Positions 1 through 13,100 of a stretch of 64,000 bases of DNA are shown here, piece after piece. The DNA is from Podarcis cretensis. Lineage: Eukaryota. The translations under genes and the position numbers were made by a program. The stretch spans positions 10,044,001-10,108,000 of the forward strand of contig OX638160.1 of NCBI GenBank assembly GCA_951804945.1, in the 5' to 3' direction. Position 1 is the first letter of the stretch, and every line of letters begins with the position of its first letter. The notes below the pieces were generated by a model. That model made no database searches. It was not told the origin of the DNA and saw nothing but the letters and a program-made list of their open reading frames with translations.

Positions 1-3000
1 CAAACTTTCTAAGGCACATAATCTTTCTGATCTTGTGTTCTCCTTTTCTTGAACGTTGACACCTTGCGCTGTCTTCTTTCCTCTTTTTGCACCCTGGTTC
101 ACCAATGGAAGGGAGTCCAGTACAAGATATTGTGAATTACCTAGTGTGAATTTGCTGTGTTAAATTCATTTAACATGTTAGGTGGGTGATACAAAGAGAT
201 TTCTTTTGTGGTTCTTGTGCATGCCTGCATGACGTTCTTCACTTTCTTTTGTTACCTGTTTAATTTGCCCTGAGCTTTGGGAATGATTTGTTGAATGGTG
301 CAGGAATCTGAAGCTAGTGAGAGACCCAAAATCCCAACTGCGTTGAAGCTCAGTGCTTATCCCCTTGGATCCAGAGTGTAGAATTTTGAAACATTTCAAA
401 AATTCCAAAAGCATGCTTTCTTTTGAGCTTGCCTATTCTTTTAAAATAAACACTTTTTAAAAGATCCATTGGTGCAAGGCGACGGTGTATAGCTCCATCA
501 AAAAAGAGTCTCGCTCTCTACAGGGCTAAAAGAATGTCTCCAAGGAAGAGCCAAAGAGGAGCCTTCCCAACTCTGCTTACTCAGGTTACAGTTTTCCCCA
601 GGAGAATGTGCAAAACCGCATTAGCCACTTTCAGCATCTAAACAAACACTCACTCTTCCCTCCCTTTCTCAACACACACCCCACAGACAAATGACTCTCT
701 CTCTCTCAAACTGAGCTCTGACACCGTGGAGAAGAAATTGCTCAAAGAAAAAATGGTAAAAAGGTTGCAGCAACAATGAATGGGATTTTTCTCATCGTTG
801 GGAGACACTGGGATGAAATTGGTGTCCATTTGGACTTAAGTAAAGCCTAGAGACCTCATTTAGAAAGCCAGGAAAAACATGTAAGTCTCTTTTGTGGTTT
901 ATAATTTCCCTCCTTTCCCCAAGAGGGAGAAGGGATGTTTAGCACCAAGAACATTTTCGCATCTTGGTGCATTTTTGATAACCAAAGCTCTTTTTAGATT
1001 CATCTGGGGTGAAGTCTTTATCTTCTTTTTAAAAAACTCCACCAACTGTAAAAACTTCTTTGTTTCATGGAGGAAAAGAGGGAGAATCATAATTTGCTTT
1101 TGAATATAGTGTTATTGATTTCCAGTTCCTTGGGGTTGAATTAAGGATTGGAATGAATGTAATTTACTTTATGGGTGAGAGGTAATCAACTAAATTAATT
1201 AACTTATGGCTAGAATTTGGAAATCTGATACTACCGGGTCAATAAATGGATTGATCTAACAACCCAGAAAATGTTCATTATACATACCTATCAAACAGTA
1301 GATTATTATTAATATTATTAAAATGGGTTTATTTCAGGAGACAATGAGATTGAAAGGCAGGGTGAAAGTTTAGAATCTTATTTAAATGTGTAACTCATAA
1401 AGTATACTGTGAATTTAATTGGATGTGGTTCTAGTATTAACAAGAGTAAGAATGAATTTTTGCATGCTCTCTAGCTCTTCAAAGCATCTTTTCTTCTAAA
1501 AAAGAAATGAAACAATCACAACTTCATAGTATTCCATGTGTAGTTGCACCATAGATAAGCTATTATGACAATTGCACTTACATTTTCATCAGTTGTCTAA
1601 TAATTCCTAGCATAGAGTATGGTTTTTCTATTGCCAGTATTTATTGGGTGACATTATCTATGAGCCTCTACTATGAACCCAATGTATTGATCGTAGATGG
1701 CTACAATCAGTTCCAACCTAACTGATGTATGTGTGAACTTAGATATTCTCTTCCAGAGTTATGCAATCTCTTTCAGTGAATCTTCTTTGCTGTTTGGTTG
1801 TACGGTCACACTGTTTGGAGAGATTCTTTTGGGACTCTTCATAGTATTCTTGGGCTTACACCAAATTGAATGGTATTATCTGTAAAACTGGCTAACTCGT
1901 GGGTGAACTCTCAACTCCAAATTGTTTAGGAATATGTTTTATATCACCATGCCTCATATAAAATCTTTTGCTTCTCTCCACTGTGAACAATCTGTTTAAC
2001 CACATTTTCTGCTTCGAGCTTTGTAACCAGTTATTGATCCCTAAGAGAAGAGGATCTCGTATGCTATGACTGTTAAATTTTCTTAAGAATTTTTGCAAGG
2101 GATTTTTTTTTTATTTTTTTACATTTCCCTCCCCAAAATCAAAGTGTATGCTGTCTGTTGGAGCACACATAGAATTCTAGGTTGATGAGGCAGGATTTCC
2201 TTTTAATTTACTTAAAAACACACTGGAAGGAGACTATACCAGCAGAACACATAACCAGCAGAATGAAACAGCAATGCAGTTGTTTGCCGATGCCCCATTG
2301 ATCCTTTTTGGCAAGGATTTAATTAACACATTTTTTTATATGTGTTATGAGCAGTGGCACATGAGACATCCTGGCAATGGCGGCGCTGAGTTTATCTGGA
2401 AAGGTATGGTGTCAGGTGAGATGGTGGCATAGGAGTTCTGGGGTGGTGGCCCCCAGGTCACCACTACCAGCCCTGCTGGGAAGATGCCTCTACCTCTGCC
2501 CACCCCCTCCCAAAGCCACTGCTGGTTACAGCCTTAACAATGCTTCCTATTGCTTTGAGATAATGCACAATTGGCTGTGAACTTTGGATATGCTGTTTGA
2601 GCACAATGGCTTAACCAGGGCTTTTGTAAATGAGAATGCTGGCGAGAAATATAAATTTGATAAAGAGGTGTCTATAGCCAAAAATAACAATACTAGAAAA
2701 GCCATTAATCTTAACAGCAAAGAAGAAATAAGAATAAGGCATCAACGTTCACGATCTGTTTACCGAATGACAATGAGACATTCCTAAATTTCAGGGAGTC
2801 AGCATCTAATGCCTTCTGGGTCAAATTCAGACAGCAGATGGTACCAAGTCCAACAACTGTTAACTTATGTTCCCTCTTTTCCTTGACCTTTTGCACGAAT
2901 CAGGCAGCAAGAGAGGGGCAAAGGAATTATAGGTGTAAAATGTACTCGCTGAAGGGCATTGCCAGCACACTTCACTGTGATAATTTGAGTTTGGGGCTCT

Positions 3001-6000
3001 TGGCTTATCAGCCTTAACAGCTTCTTCATAACGTTCTTTATCAGCAAGATAGTTGTGAAACAATGTGCAACTGCCACATGAATGATGGAACAAGAATTGT
3101 TAAAATTTCAACTGCTGAGAGTTGAGTAAGCTAGAGATGATAGTAGATCAGCTGTTCTATGCCATGTTATCCCATATTTTTTAGACAGTCAACTTTGTTC
3201 TGATCTCTGGTTTATTCTCCTGAGCTGCCAAATAATTCATTAGTAAATATTCTACACATTCCACTTTAGAATCCGAAAGTCCCAAACAGCCACACAATTT
3301 CATCTTCTGTGTCTATGGTTCACTTTAGAGGATGACAAATGCTTAGCCTGCAATGGGTTTTCAGAGGGAAAAGCTCTTAGAAGAGGCTGGCAGATGAGAT
3401 GATTGTTTCGTAATTTAGCATCAGGTTTCCCGGAAGGTTTCCGTGCTGGTGGTGGCTCTGGGAGATGGCAATCTAATTTCGTTATGGTGAATCAGCATGG
3501 AACAAGCAATTGCATTTGTATTTCATCCTACCTCCCTCCAAGAAGTACTACAGAGTGGGGGAGCCTGTGGCCCTTCAGATGTTGCTGAACTCTCCCGTCA
3601 CCCCTCACCATGGGGCAAGCTGACTGTGGCTTATGGGGGTTGGAGTCCAACACCATCTGGAGGGCCTACCAGAATTCTTTGGGCCTTGCTCAAAAGCAAT
3701 TCAATTAAAGTGATTGCAGCTGGATAGGGAAAACAGGGTCTTCTCTTTTTTTCTGATAAGGCTATAGGATGATGCTCCAGAAGACATTCCATACCATACT
3801 TCCCTTCTAACTTGTCAAAACACTTATGAAACGTTTTGGAGGCTATTTGAGATTAGGCTACAGTATTTGGTTTTATGGTTTGGCTTTCGAATGAGATAAT
3901 GCTGATGTTCACTGCCATTTTTCTGGCTTGTCAGGAGCACGTGGTTTTAAGGATGTAAATACGGATAGGCAACTCAGTCTATTTCTGGTCCATGTTATTT
4001 TTGCATGTGTTCATGAATAAGTATGTTCCACCCCAGTTCTACATTAATTTGTGATAAAAAAATCTTCATGAAAATTCATTTATAGAAACACATTTTAAAA
4101 TGATTTTCTCCCAAAATATGCATTTTTGAACATTATATCTTTTGAGTTGAGAACTAATTTAGGACATTCAGGAAGTATGAAAGCCGGTGGATAATTGAGT
4201 TCTGAGCTCCACATTAGTTTGGGAGGTGCAGACTGAGAACATACCTCTCAAGAAAATCTGGTTTCTGCACCCTGCATAAATTAGGTATGGCAAGAATGAC
4301 TGCTGATGTGTGCTTTTTTAGTGTAAACTCCATTGTCTTCCATATTTAAAATACTCCCGCCACCGCAATAACTCTTACATGGAACCACCTCTTTCATCCT
4401 GAAAACCCACCCATAGTTTGCAAACTTTATCCTTTAATCCCTTCAGTTCTCAACTTCAACCAAAACAAAAAATTTTTTAAAAACTGTATTGCTCACTCAT
4501 AATCCTTGCCACTTCCATTCCAGTCCTCCTCCTCCTGTTTTGTTAATGATGCTTTCACCTACTTCCTTTGCATTTCCCTGTTGCATCCTCTCCCACTATC
4601 TAAATATAGCCAGATATAATTATTTTTTTAGTTACTGTAATAGTAAACCCCAGCACACCTCACAGAACTCTGTATGAATGGGGTCCCTGCTGTACCAGGG
4701 ACCTACACACCCTTCTCTCCCTTCCTCTACTTTTAGTTCTGAGCTGGTAAGTGCTGATCAGCACTGGCAGAGGTTGGAAGGGAGATATGGTAGGAGATAG
4801 GAAATACGGAAGAGAGTGCCCAGACTGGGGTTGGAAAGAAACTTCACAAGTGAAACAGCCCTTCAATGGACAGAGAAGATTGAGTGCTATCTCAAGACAA
4901 TTAAACAATTGTATTAACATTAAAGACAGCAAGAAGTGCTTAACTGTATGGATTAAACCACTCAGATTTCACATGGGGTAGAGTGAAAACAACAGTGTCC
5001 AAAAATTGAAAATCTAGTGGGTTTCCCCATTTTGCTACTCAAAAATTGTGCAGAATTTGTATCTTGTAAGTGAGGTTTTACTGCAATGTTTCATGTACAA
5101 GTGCTTTTAGCTTTATGGACTTTTTCTTGATTATTTTGGCAGGCATGAAACATTAAGTCTCTGAGCTGCCAAATACTGTCAAATAATAAATCCCACTGTA
5201 TACAGACTATCTAATGCTGTCAGACGCTAAATGCCGCTGCACGTGAGTTATTAACTGCTGTCAAATAATGTATAGGATTACATACCCACTATCAATTACT
5301 GTCAGACATGAAATAGGGAACTCAAATACAACAGAAGATCCAATGTAGATATCAACTACTTGGAGCATATGCAGCAAATATTCAATCTCTCGGGGGATAT
5401 CTAGAAAATATTTAACATAGGAAAAATGTCGGGGAGTGAATTTATATCATACCAAAAAAAACGATCATCATGCTTTGTACTGAACCCAGGTGCCCCAGTC
5501 TAAAGATTTAAGGGGAACAGTACCTTCAGAGCACTTCCTTCCACTTGTCAACAAATCACTGAATTCATTTTTAAATTCTATTGAAATTATGTTATAAATT
5601 TTTTTATACTGTATTTTATTTTTGTGAGCCTCCTAGAGAACCTCTGTTATTGGGTGGCTGCATAAATGAAGCAAGTAAATTAATAAATTATTGGTGAGGC
5701 TTCGGAAGAGATCCTGAAACATGAAAACGCAGGAAGCTGGAACAGACCTTTAGCCCAGCATCGTCTTCTCTTTAGTGGCCAGAAAGTTCAAGGAAGCCCA
5801 CCATCAGGCCATGAAGCTGGCAGGCCTCACCTGGTGTTGAGTTGCTTCCCAAGAACTACATCTTTCTCTAAAGGCACAGTGCTGATGAACATGGAAGTAC
5901 CATAGAACTATGAGGCTTAGTAGACCTCTCCTCCTCCATGACATTCTAACTTCCTCTTTCAAGTAATTTAAGCAACTGGCCATTACCACATCATGCAACA

Positions 6001-6249
6001 GCAAACTGATTATGTGATGCATTAAGAAGCATTTCCTTTTGTTTGTCAAGAATTTCCTACCAGTCAGTTTCAATGGATGATCCCTTCCACCCTACGTTCC
6101 AGTATTATGGGATAGGGCATGTGTATCCACATCCTCCGGAAAGCTGCCCAGAAGGAAAAGATGGTTCCTCACTTCTCCTGTGGCGTACAGAGAGAATTCC
6201 GTCTCTTAGACCCTCTTGTATATTTAGCAGAGAATATCATGTGTGTCAT

Positions 6250-6604
6250 GGGATGCGGGTGGCGCTGTGGGTTAAACCACAGAGCCTAGGGCTTGCCGAT
6301 CAGAAGGTCGAGGGTTCGAATCCCCTCGATGGGGTGAGTTCCCGTTGCTCGGTCCCTGTTCCTGCCAACCTAGCAGTTCGAAAGCACGTCAAAGTGCAAG
6401 TAGATAAATAGGTACTGCTCCGGCGGGAAGGTAAACGGCATTTCTGTGTGCTGCTCTGGTTTGCCAGAAGCGGCTTAGTCATGCTGGCCACATGACCCGG
6501 AAGCTGTACACCGGCTCCCTTGGCCAATAAAGCGAGATGAGCGCCGCAACCCCAGAGTCGGCCACGACTGGACCTAATGGTCAGGGGTCCCTTTACCTTT
6601 ACCT
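6250..6604 (+). mobile_element. Sauria SINE (lacertid type), full length
   Basis: GGGATGCGGGTGGCGCTGTGGGTTAAACC head with A/B boxes; (ACCTTT)n tail. Confidence 0.92.
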
Positions 6605-7534
6605 ATTATGTGTGTAGAAACTTATTTCCCTCATCTCTAACAGCAGGCTCAAGGACCAAATGTTTCCTATTTTTTAAATAGGCATTCATTGTCTTCTTCC
6701 CCCACTTGACTAGAAGCTATCTTTGTCTCCATTACTTTTTCAGACCAAGGGCCACATTCCCATCTGAGCAACCTTCCATGCCAGTGGTAGTTGTGTCGGC
6801 GGGGGGGAGGGAGGAAGGGAGGGAGGGATAACAATCACCCATATTTATTGTGTAGCGTTATTTACAGATCAAGTATTTCTAGGGAGTACCTGATCTCAGA
6901 CAAATCCACCACAGGAAAGATGCATCCTGGTTACTATGAAAAAAAGAAGGGCAAACTATGGAGATTCCAATGACTAGAAAATGAGAAAGATGCAGGAAAA
7001 GTGCACTAAAGGAGATGATAAAACAGAAGCTCGTTAGAGTCACAGAGATTCCTATTACTTGGTGTCTAAACAACTCATCTGTCAATCAGAGCTTCACTCA
7101 TTGGTGAAAACACTTAAAGATGGATCATCTCACAGAGATCTGCACATTTTGCTCCATAGCTTCCTTTGTAGGAGAGCTAAAGGCATACTTAACACACATA
7201 CACACGAAGACTGAGAGTCTGGGCCTCTGCTGGCAGTGGGCCTGGTACATTAGTACATTAGTACCCCCTGTATCTACCTCTCAGTGATCCTGCTTGGCAT
7301 AAAATGAGAAATTCCCCGGATAACTTAAATAGCAGCCCTGCTCTCCCTGTATAGCCTTTGAGTGCATATGGTCACTTGGCTGAAATGAGATGTTCTTCCA
7401 CCCATCCCATAGGTGATTCTAGCAGCTTTTAAGTCATCCAGCACTAAGTACAGAGGCTACTCATGCTCTGCAAGAGATTACGCTACACACATACTCTTGA
7501 GATCAGCACAGCTATTGGTTCCTTCCATGGGAAG

Positions 7535-8071
7535 GTTTTTTTAAAAAATAATATTTATTAAATTTTTAACAAAAAAGAGTTACAAAATAATAACACACAA
7601 GAGAAAAAAATACAAAGATACAAAAACAAAAAATTTAACATAAAAAGAAAAAAGTAAAAAACCAAAAATTCCTCTTTTATAATATCTCACATTCATTTAC
7701 TTATTTTCGTGACTTCCTCACACCTCCCTTTTTTGTATTCCATTTAAAAATTTATTCAGCAAATTCATAACCTCATATTTTACCCTTAATTATTTATCTT
7801 CACATATTCTAACTTCAAATTTTCATCTAGTATCCATCCCTTCTTGCATATTCTTATTTTACCTTATTACTAGAACCACTTCATTTTATTCCAATGTCTT
7901 TAACATTCAATAATTTTACAGTGTTTCTGTAGATAGATTTTAAATTTCTTCCAATCTTCTTCCACCGACTCTTCTCCCTGGTCTCGGATTCTGCCGGTCA
8001 TTTCAGCCAATTCCATATAGTCCATTACTTGCATCTGCCATTCTTCCAGGGTGGGTAGGTCTTGTGTCTTC
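7535..8071 (-). mobile_element. 5'-truncated L1-clade LINE 3' end
   Basis: Matches the 3' end of the 18579 copy; TSD ccttccatgggaag at 7521-7534 and 8072-8085. Confidence 0.88.
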
Positions 8072-9902
8072 CCTTCCATGGGAAGTTAAAAAGGCTCCCA
8101 TTCCAGGTAACACCCAGGTATGCTGGGGAAGGGTAAGAGCTCTTTAAGCTGTAAACCTGGTCACATAATAATGACTAGGACTGGCATTATACACAACCCT
8201 ACATCACTTCGCAGCACTGGGCATGAGGCTGTAAGTCTGCTAAATATTTTGGAAAGTTGTTTGTTCACTATATATTTGGACACTGCTGAAGATATCGTAA
8301 CCTAATTTTACATTATGGTTCCTGAGATACAGTTTGGATACAGTTGGATACCATTTTGATACAGTTGGGTACGGTTGGATACCATTTTAAATTAAGATGG
8401 TGGATGGAAACTTTCAAAACCGCCCTGGTTATTTGGTTTCTTAGAAATCCCGAGCAATGCTGGGTACAAGGCTCCTAGCGTTTGTTATAATAGTGTATAA
8501 CATGTTGCCTGACAGGACTCTTTGCATTAGACAAAAATGCACACTAAGGTTCTCAGGAATGCTAAATTCTGCATCCAGTATTAAATGTCTAGTTCCGTGT
8601 GGCAACTGGGAGGATTCTCAGGGCAAAATGACATAGTTGTGCATATGGTTAGGTTTTCAAAACCAAATTGTGATCCTTTTATGCTGGGCATGCTTTGACA
8701 GAAGAGCCGCAGCTGCTAACAAGCTACTATTGGGCAGGTGCCTGCAACATTTGGCAAAGGGTGCAGAGCAGCAATTATACTATTCCCTCTGTGCTCTGCG
8801 GAGGAGTGCTATCAATCCATACATAATTCAAACTAGCTTTTCTTTGCCCCGCTATCATTTGTCTCGAACAATGCGAACTGCAGTAAATCTCAACAGATTT
8901 CCTTGGTGGTTGTATCTGGAATCAGGGCTGATGTAATATGCACTTGAAGAAATATCAAAACAATGTGCCAAGGAAACCCAAATTTTGCATCCAGAGAACA
9001 ACATCTCTAGGAAACTGTAGTCATTTTTTTCTTTTTTGAGGGTGTGTGCAATTATTTCCCAAACTTCCACAATTCTTTGCCTTTTTGTTTCCTGACTGAT
9101 AGTTGCTTTGATACCATTTTTAATTGGTCTATATCTTAGGAACTTTATTCCTAGCCAATCAGAAATCCCATAATGAACATGATGTCATGGTTAGCCTTTA
9201 ATGCATGACAAAGTCAGTCAAGAATGAGGGCAATCTTCTTCGATCAGTATACAGTAATCCTGGGATTCAGTAGTATACTGCTTCTAAAGAGGGAAATCCC
9301 ATTGAGAGCTCTTGATAGAACTACAATGACTTTGTTTAGTCACTTTTTAAAGCTATCTAAGTCACTGGATATAACTTTTGGCAGTGTGTTCAGTGGGACT
9401 TATTTGCACCTAAGTGTGCACAGTGGTTGCACCATTAATTATACCTCATTTTATCTGTTCTGACTCTGTGCAGTTGAGGCTGGATCATATGCAACTGAGT
9501 CATTGTCTTTTACTGAGATCAATGGGGATCTTCCAAGAATACCTCTGGGGTATGAAAGTTAATTTGTGTGGCCATTTCTTTCTTTCTGACCTTTTTACAC
9601 TTTACGGGAATTGTCTATAGTCCGGATAATATTCGAGGCTTCCTCTTTCTGCAATGAAAAGTTTCCTTTATTTTATTAAATTGTAAGCAAATGTGCACTT
9701 AACGAGAAATGAGTTGCCACATTAGCAACACTAAACCACTTTTTATGACTTTAAGATTTCAGTTGGTGTCCTTATCTAGTCATCTCCTGCTTTGCTTTGC
9801 TGTTCAGAAAGTGTTTCCCAACCGTGTGGCCAAACACAGATAATAGCTCCACAGTGAATTTTGCAACGAGGAGTAAGTTCTGCTTATGAGAAGAATGCAA
9901 AA

Positions 9903-10145
9903 ATGGCTGACTTGACGTTGCTAGGAGCTAACAACTTCCGCCGATTCACTCCCGAATCCTTGGTTGCCATTGAGAAATGCATTGCGGCCAAGAAAGCATG
10001 CGGAGACCCACCCCCTGCAGAGAAGCCACGCCCTCAGCTTGACCTACAGGTATTCCAGAAGCTGCCTGCCCTGTATGGAAACCCTCCTCTGGAGCTCATT
10101 GGAGAACCTCTTGAGGATCTTGACCCCTACTATCATGATCATAAG
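9903..10145 (+). CDS. SCN10A: Coding exon 1 (N-terminus MADLTLLG...DPYYHDHK)
   Basis: FRRFTPESL and PLEDLDPYY motifs; donor gtgaat at 10146; probable acceptor ttcag ending 9807. Confidence 0.93.
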
Positions 10146-13100
10146 GTGAATAAATTTTTTGTGACCCATAGGCTTTGGTAATATAATTAGAAATGGGGGG
10201 GAGGGCTGCATTATTTGAAAGAAACAAGGTGATCGTAGGAAGGTGGAGAGTTGTGTGCCTTTTAAATAATTCTAATAGGGCTTCATTAACATTGCAGATT
10301 TCCTTCTGACAGTGTATTATCCTTGATTTCTAGGACAGCGTTGAGCAGACTTTAGCCTTAGCTGATAACTACAATCCTGGAGAGAGACTGAGAAGAACCC
10401 CCTATTGGCTGACAGGACTGTAGCATCACAATTCAGCTTCTCCAGTTAGCGCTGATAAATCTGCAGTTATTCTACTAGGTTTTCATTATCTTTCCTGTGC
10501 TTTTTGACAGTTTCACCCCATCATTTTTTATATGTTGTAAGCCGCCGTGTACATGGTTTGAACTTTGGAAAGACGGCATACAAATGAATGATTGATTGTC
10601 ACATATCAGCCCCTAGAATCCTGCTAGCCCTTTAAGGTGAGCAAGTTAAGAAGACAGGGGAACCTGTTCCTCCAGCAGCTTTCACAGTCTCTCTCCTGCC
10701 TTTCATGAACACTCCTGACACCTTTTTTGTAGCCTACTTTTTAAAAAAAAACCATCTCCCAAATTCATTCCCCTTAATTGATATACTTAGGGACGGAGCG
10801 CATAGTGTGATATTAGCATTAACTGTCATAGAACAATGTTTCCAGTTAATGTATTTCCACCCACAGACATTTATGGTGTTGAACAAAGGGAAGGCCATCT
10901 TCCGATTTACAGCCACACGTGCTTTGTACATCTTTAGCCCTTTTCATCCAATCAGACGAATGGTAATTAAGCTTTTGGTACATTCATATCCTTTACGTGA
11001 AGAAGTGCAAGAGCAACAGACCTCTCCTGTTCACTGTTCCTCAGCAAGTGCAATTCAGAGAATGCAGCCTCTGACCAGGAAACATCCATTTATCTCTCAT
11101 GGCTACTGGCTATTCATGAACCAATCCTCCATTCATTTATCTCTTTTATAGCCTTCTGATTCAGAGGCGCCACCTGCACATCACATGGCAATGGATTCCA
11201 TTATGGTAGGGTTAACCAACAAGGTGGCCTACAGATGTTTTGGACTTCAGGTCCCATCCGTCTCAGACAGCATGGCTAATGATCAATATTGATGTGTACT
11301 GTAGTCCATCTGGAGAGCATAACATTGGCTAATCCTGCATTAAGTTGATGGTGATTTTTTGTTTATGTGTGTGTTTGTGTGTCTATGTGTGTGTGTGTGT
11401 GTAAAGAATCCCTCTTTGTTGTTGTTGTTGTTGTTGTTGTTGTTCAGGACAAATGTGCATCTAACCAATTTCACTGGGTGGCCTTGAGTTTCAGTATTGA
11501 GAGAAATATCTTCTCTCCCAATGTCACACTGCTGCCATTCAGTCAAATTCTGTTGTAATTCAGGAAGAGAGATATGAGGTGTATCCACACCTGGAACACA
11601 ACTCCTTGTAAGGCAGTCTTCCCTAGGATGGTACCCTCCAGATTCTTCAGAGTAGACTACAACTTCAATAATCCCCAGGGCCTTGGCTATGCTGGTGGGG
11701 CTGATGAAAACATCTGGATGGTACCATGTTGTGGAAGGCTGTCATAAGGTGTGTGAAAAGTTGTGCTACTTCTACAAACCTAATATTTTTATGGGGATAA
11801 TATTAGCAGTTTGTGGATGCTCAACATTACATCAAGGGAAGGGTAGGGGACCCCTCCACACACATTTGAAGCTGAGAATCCACAGCAAATGCTAGTGTAA
11901 AGTTTTTCAATTGTCATTTTCCTTAACTCCTGTTACTTACATTGTTCACTATGTTTATTATGGTCACTATTTTCACCAATTGTGTCTTCATGGCTCTTGC
12001 GGACGTGCAGTCAAATAGCAGCGAGACTTCCTCCACGAAGTATGTTGAGTAAGTAACTTTGGTGATATCGTTTCTTCTATTTCTACTATATTCTCCTAAT
12101 ACAGGACCTAAAAATGCAGAACACACTGTGGAAAAAGGTGTCTTATGCAAGGATTAAATCATATGCCCCTCGTTTGAGTTTATTTCAAGTTTGGATGCCT
12201 TTATCTAGGGACTATTACACACAGCTAGGGATGTCAGAGAATGCTGAAGAAAATGGAAACAGGAGCAGAAATGGGTAATGTTCGCTTATTCAATGCAGTG
12301 AATATGGTCAGTATTGAGTGCTGTTGCTGTTTTCAGTCCACAAACAATATGTAATGGAAAAGCAACTTCAACACTGATTTTAAATTCATAATCTAAAATC
12401 CAACAAAGTAATATTCAGAATGCCCTCTGACCAAGCTGCTATCACTTTTTTTTTGTAGCAAATTGGTTTACTCTTAGTATGCCTTTGTTAAGGTCAACCC
12501 ACAGTCTTTTCCTATACTTAAAAAAAAAAAAAAGAGTTATTACAGTTCATTTGTCCCTTATGACGCCTCAGGACAGAAAAGGACCAAATATCACATGAAT
12601 ACTCACTTTCCATTACTCTATGGGGAGTTGGCAAATCGGCATACATTTAAAACTGAAAACATTGGGGTAAGCCAGAGGAATATATCTTATGATTGTTACC
12701 TTACTTTCTGTGTTAACCTTGTTTCCCTGTATACTTTCACTCCTCAGGTATACTTTCACGGCCATTTATTCCTTCGAATGTCTAATCAAGATATTGGCAA
12801 GAGGCTTTTGCTTGAATGAATTCACCTTCCTTCGAGACCCATGGAACTGGCTGGATTTCAGTGTTATCGTGATGGCGTAAGCATCAGAGTTTGCTGCAAT
12901 TAAATAATTTCCTTTCAAGAAATTGAACAGTGGTGGCTAAAAGGGACATTTAAAAACAACAACATAGCATGCACTTAAAAAAAGGAGGTCGTCTTATACA
13001 CGCAATGTTGCAATTAATTATTTCTTAATTTTGGGCTCAAAAAATAGGGGTCGTCTTATACATGGGGGCATCTTATACATGGAAAAATGTTTGGTCTCAG

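Noticed and set aside
700-886. Possible upstream non-coding exon ending at donor-like gtaagt (881)
   Set aside because: A donor-like hexamer alone is not enough; no independent promoter evidence
950-2100. Possible very old minus-strand L1 remnant
   Set aside because: Only faint motif traces; boundaries cannot be supported by eye
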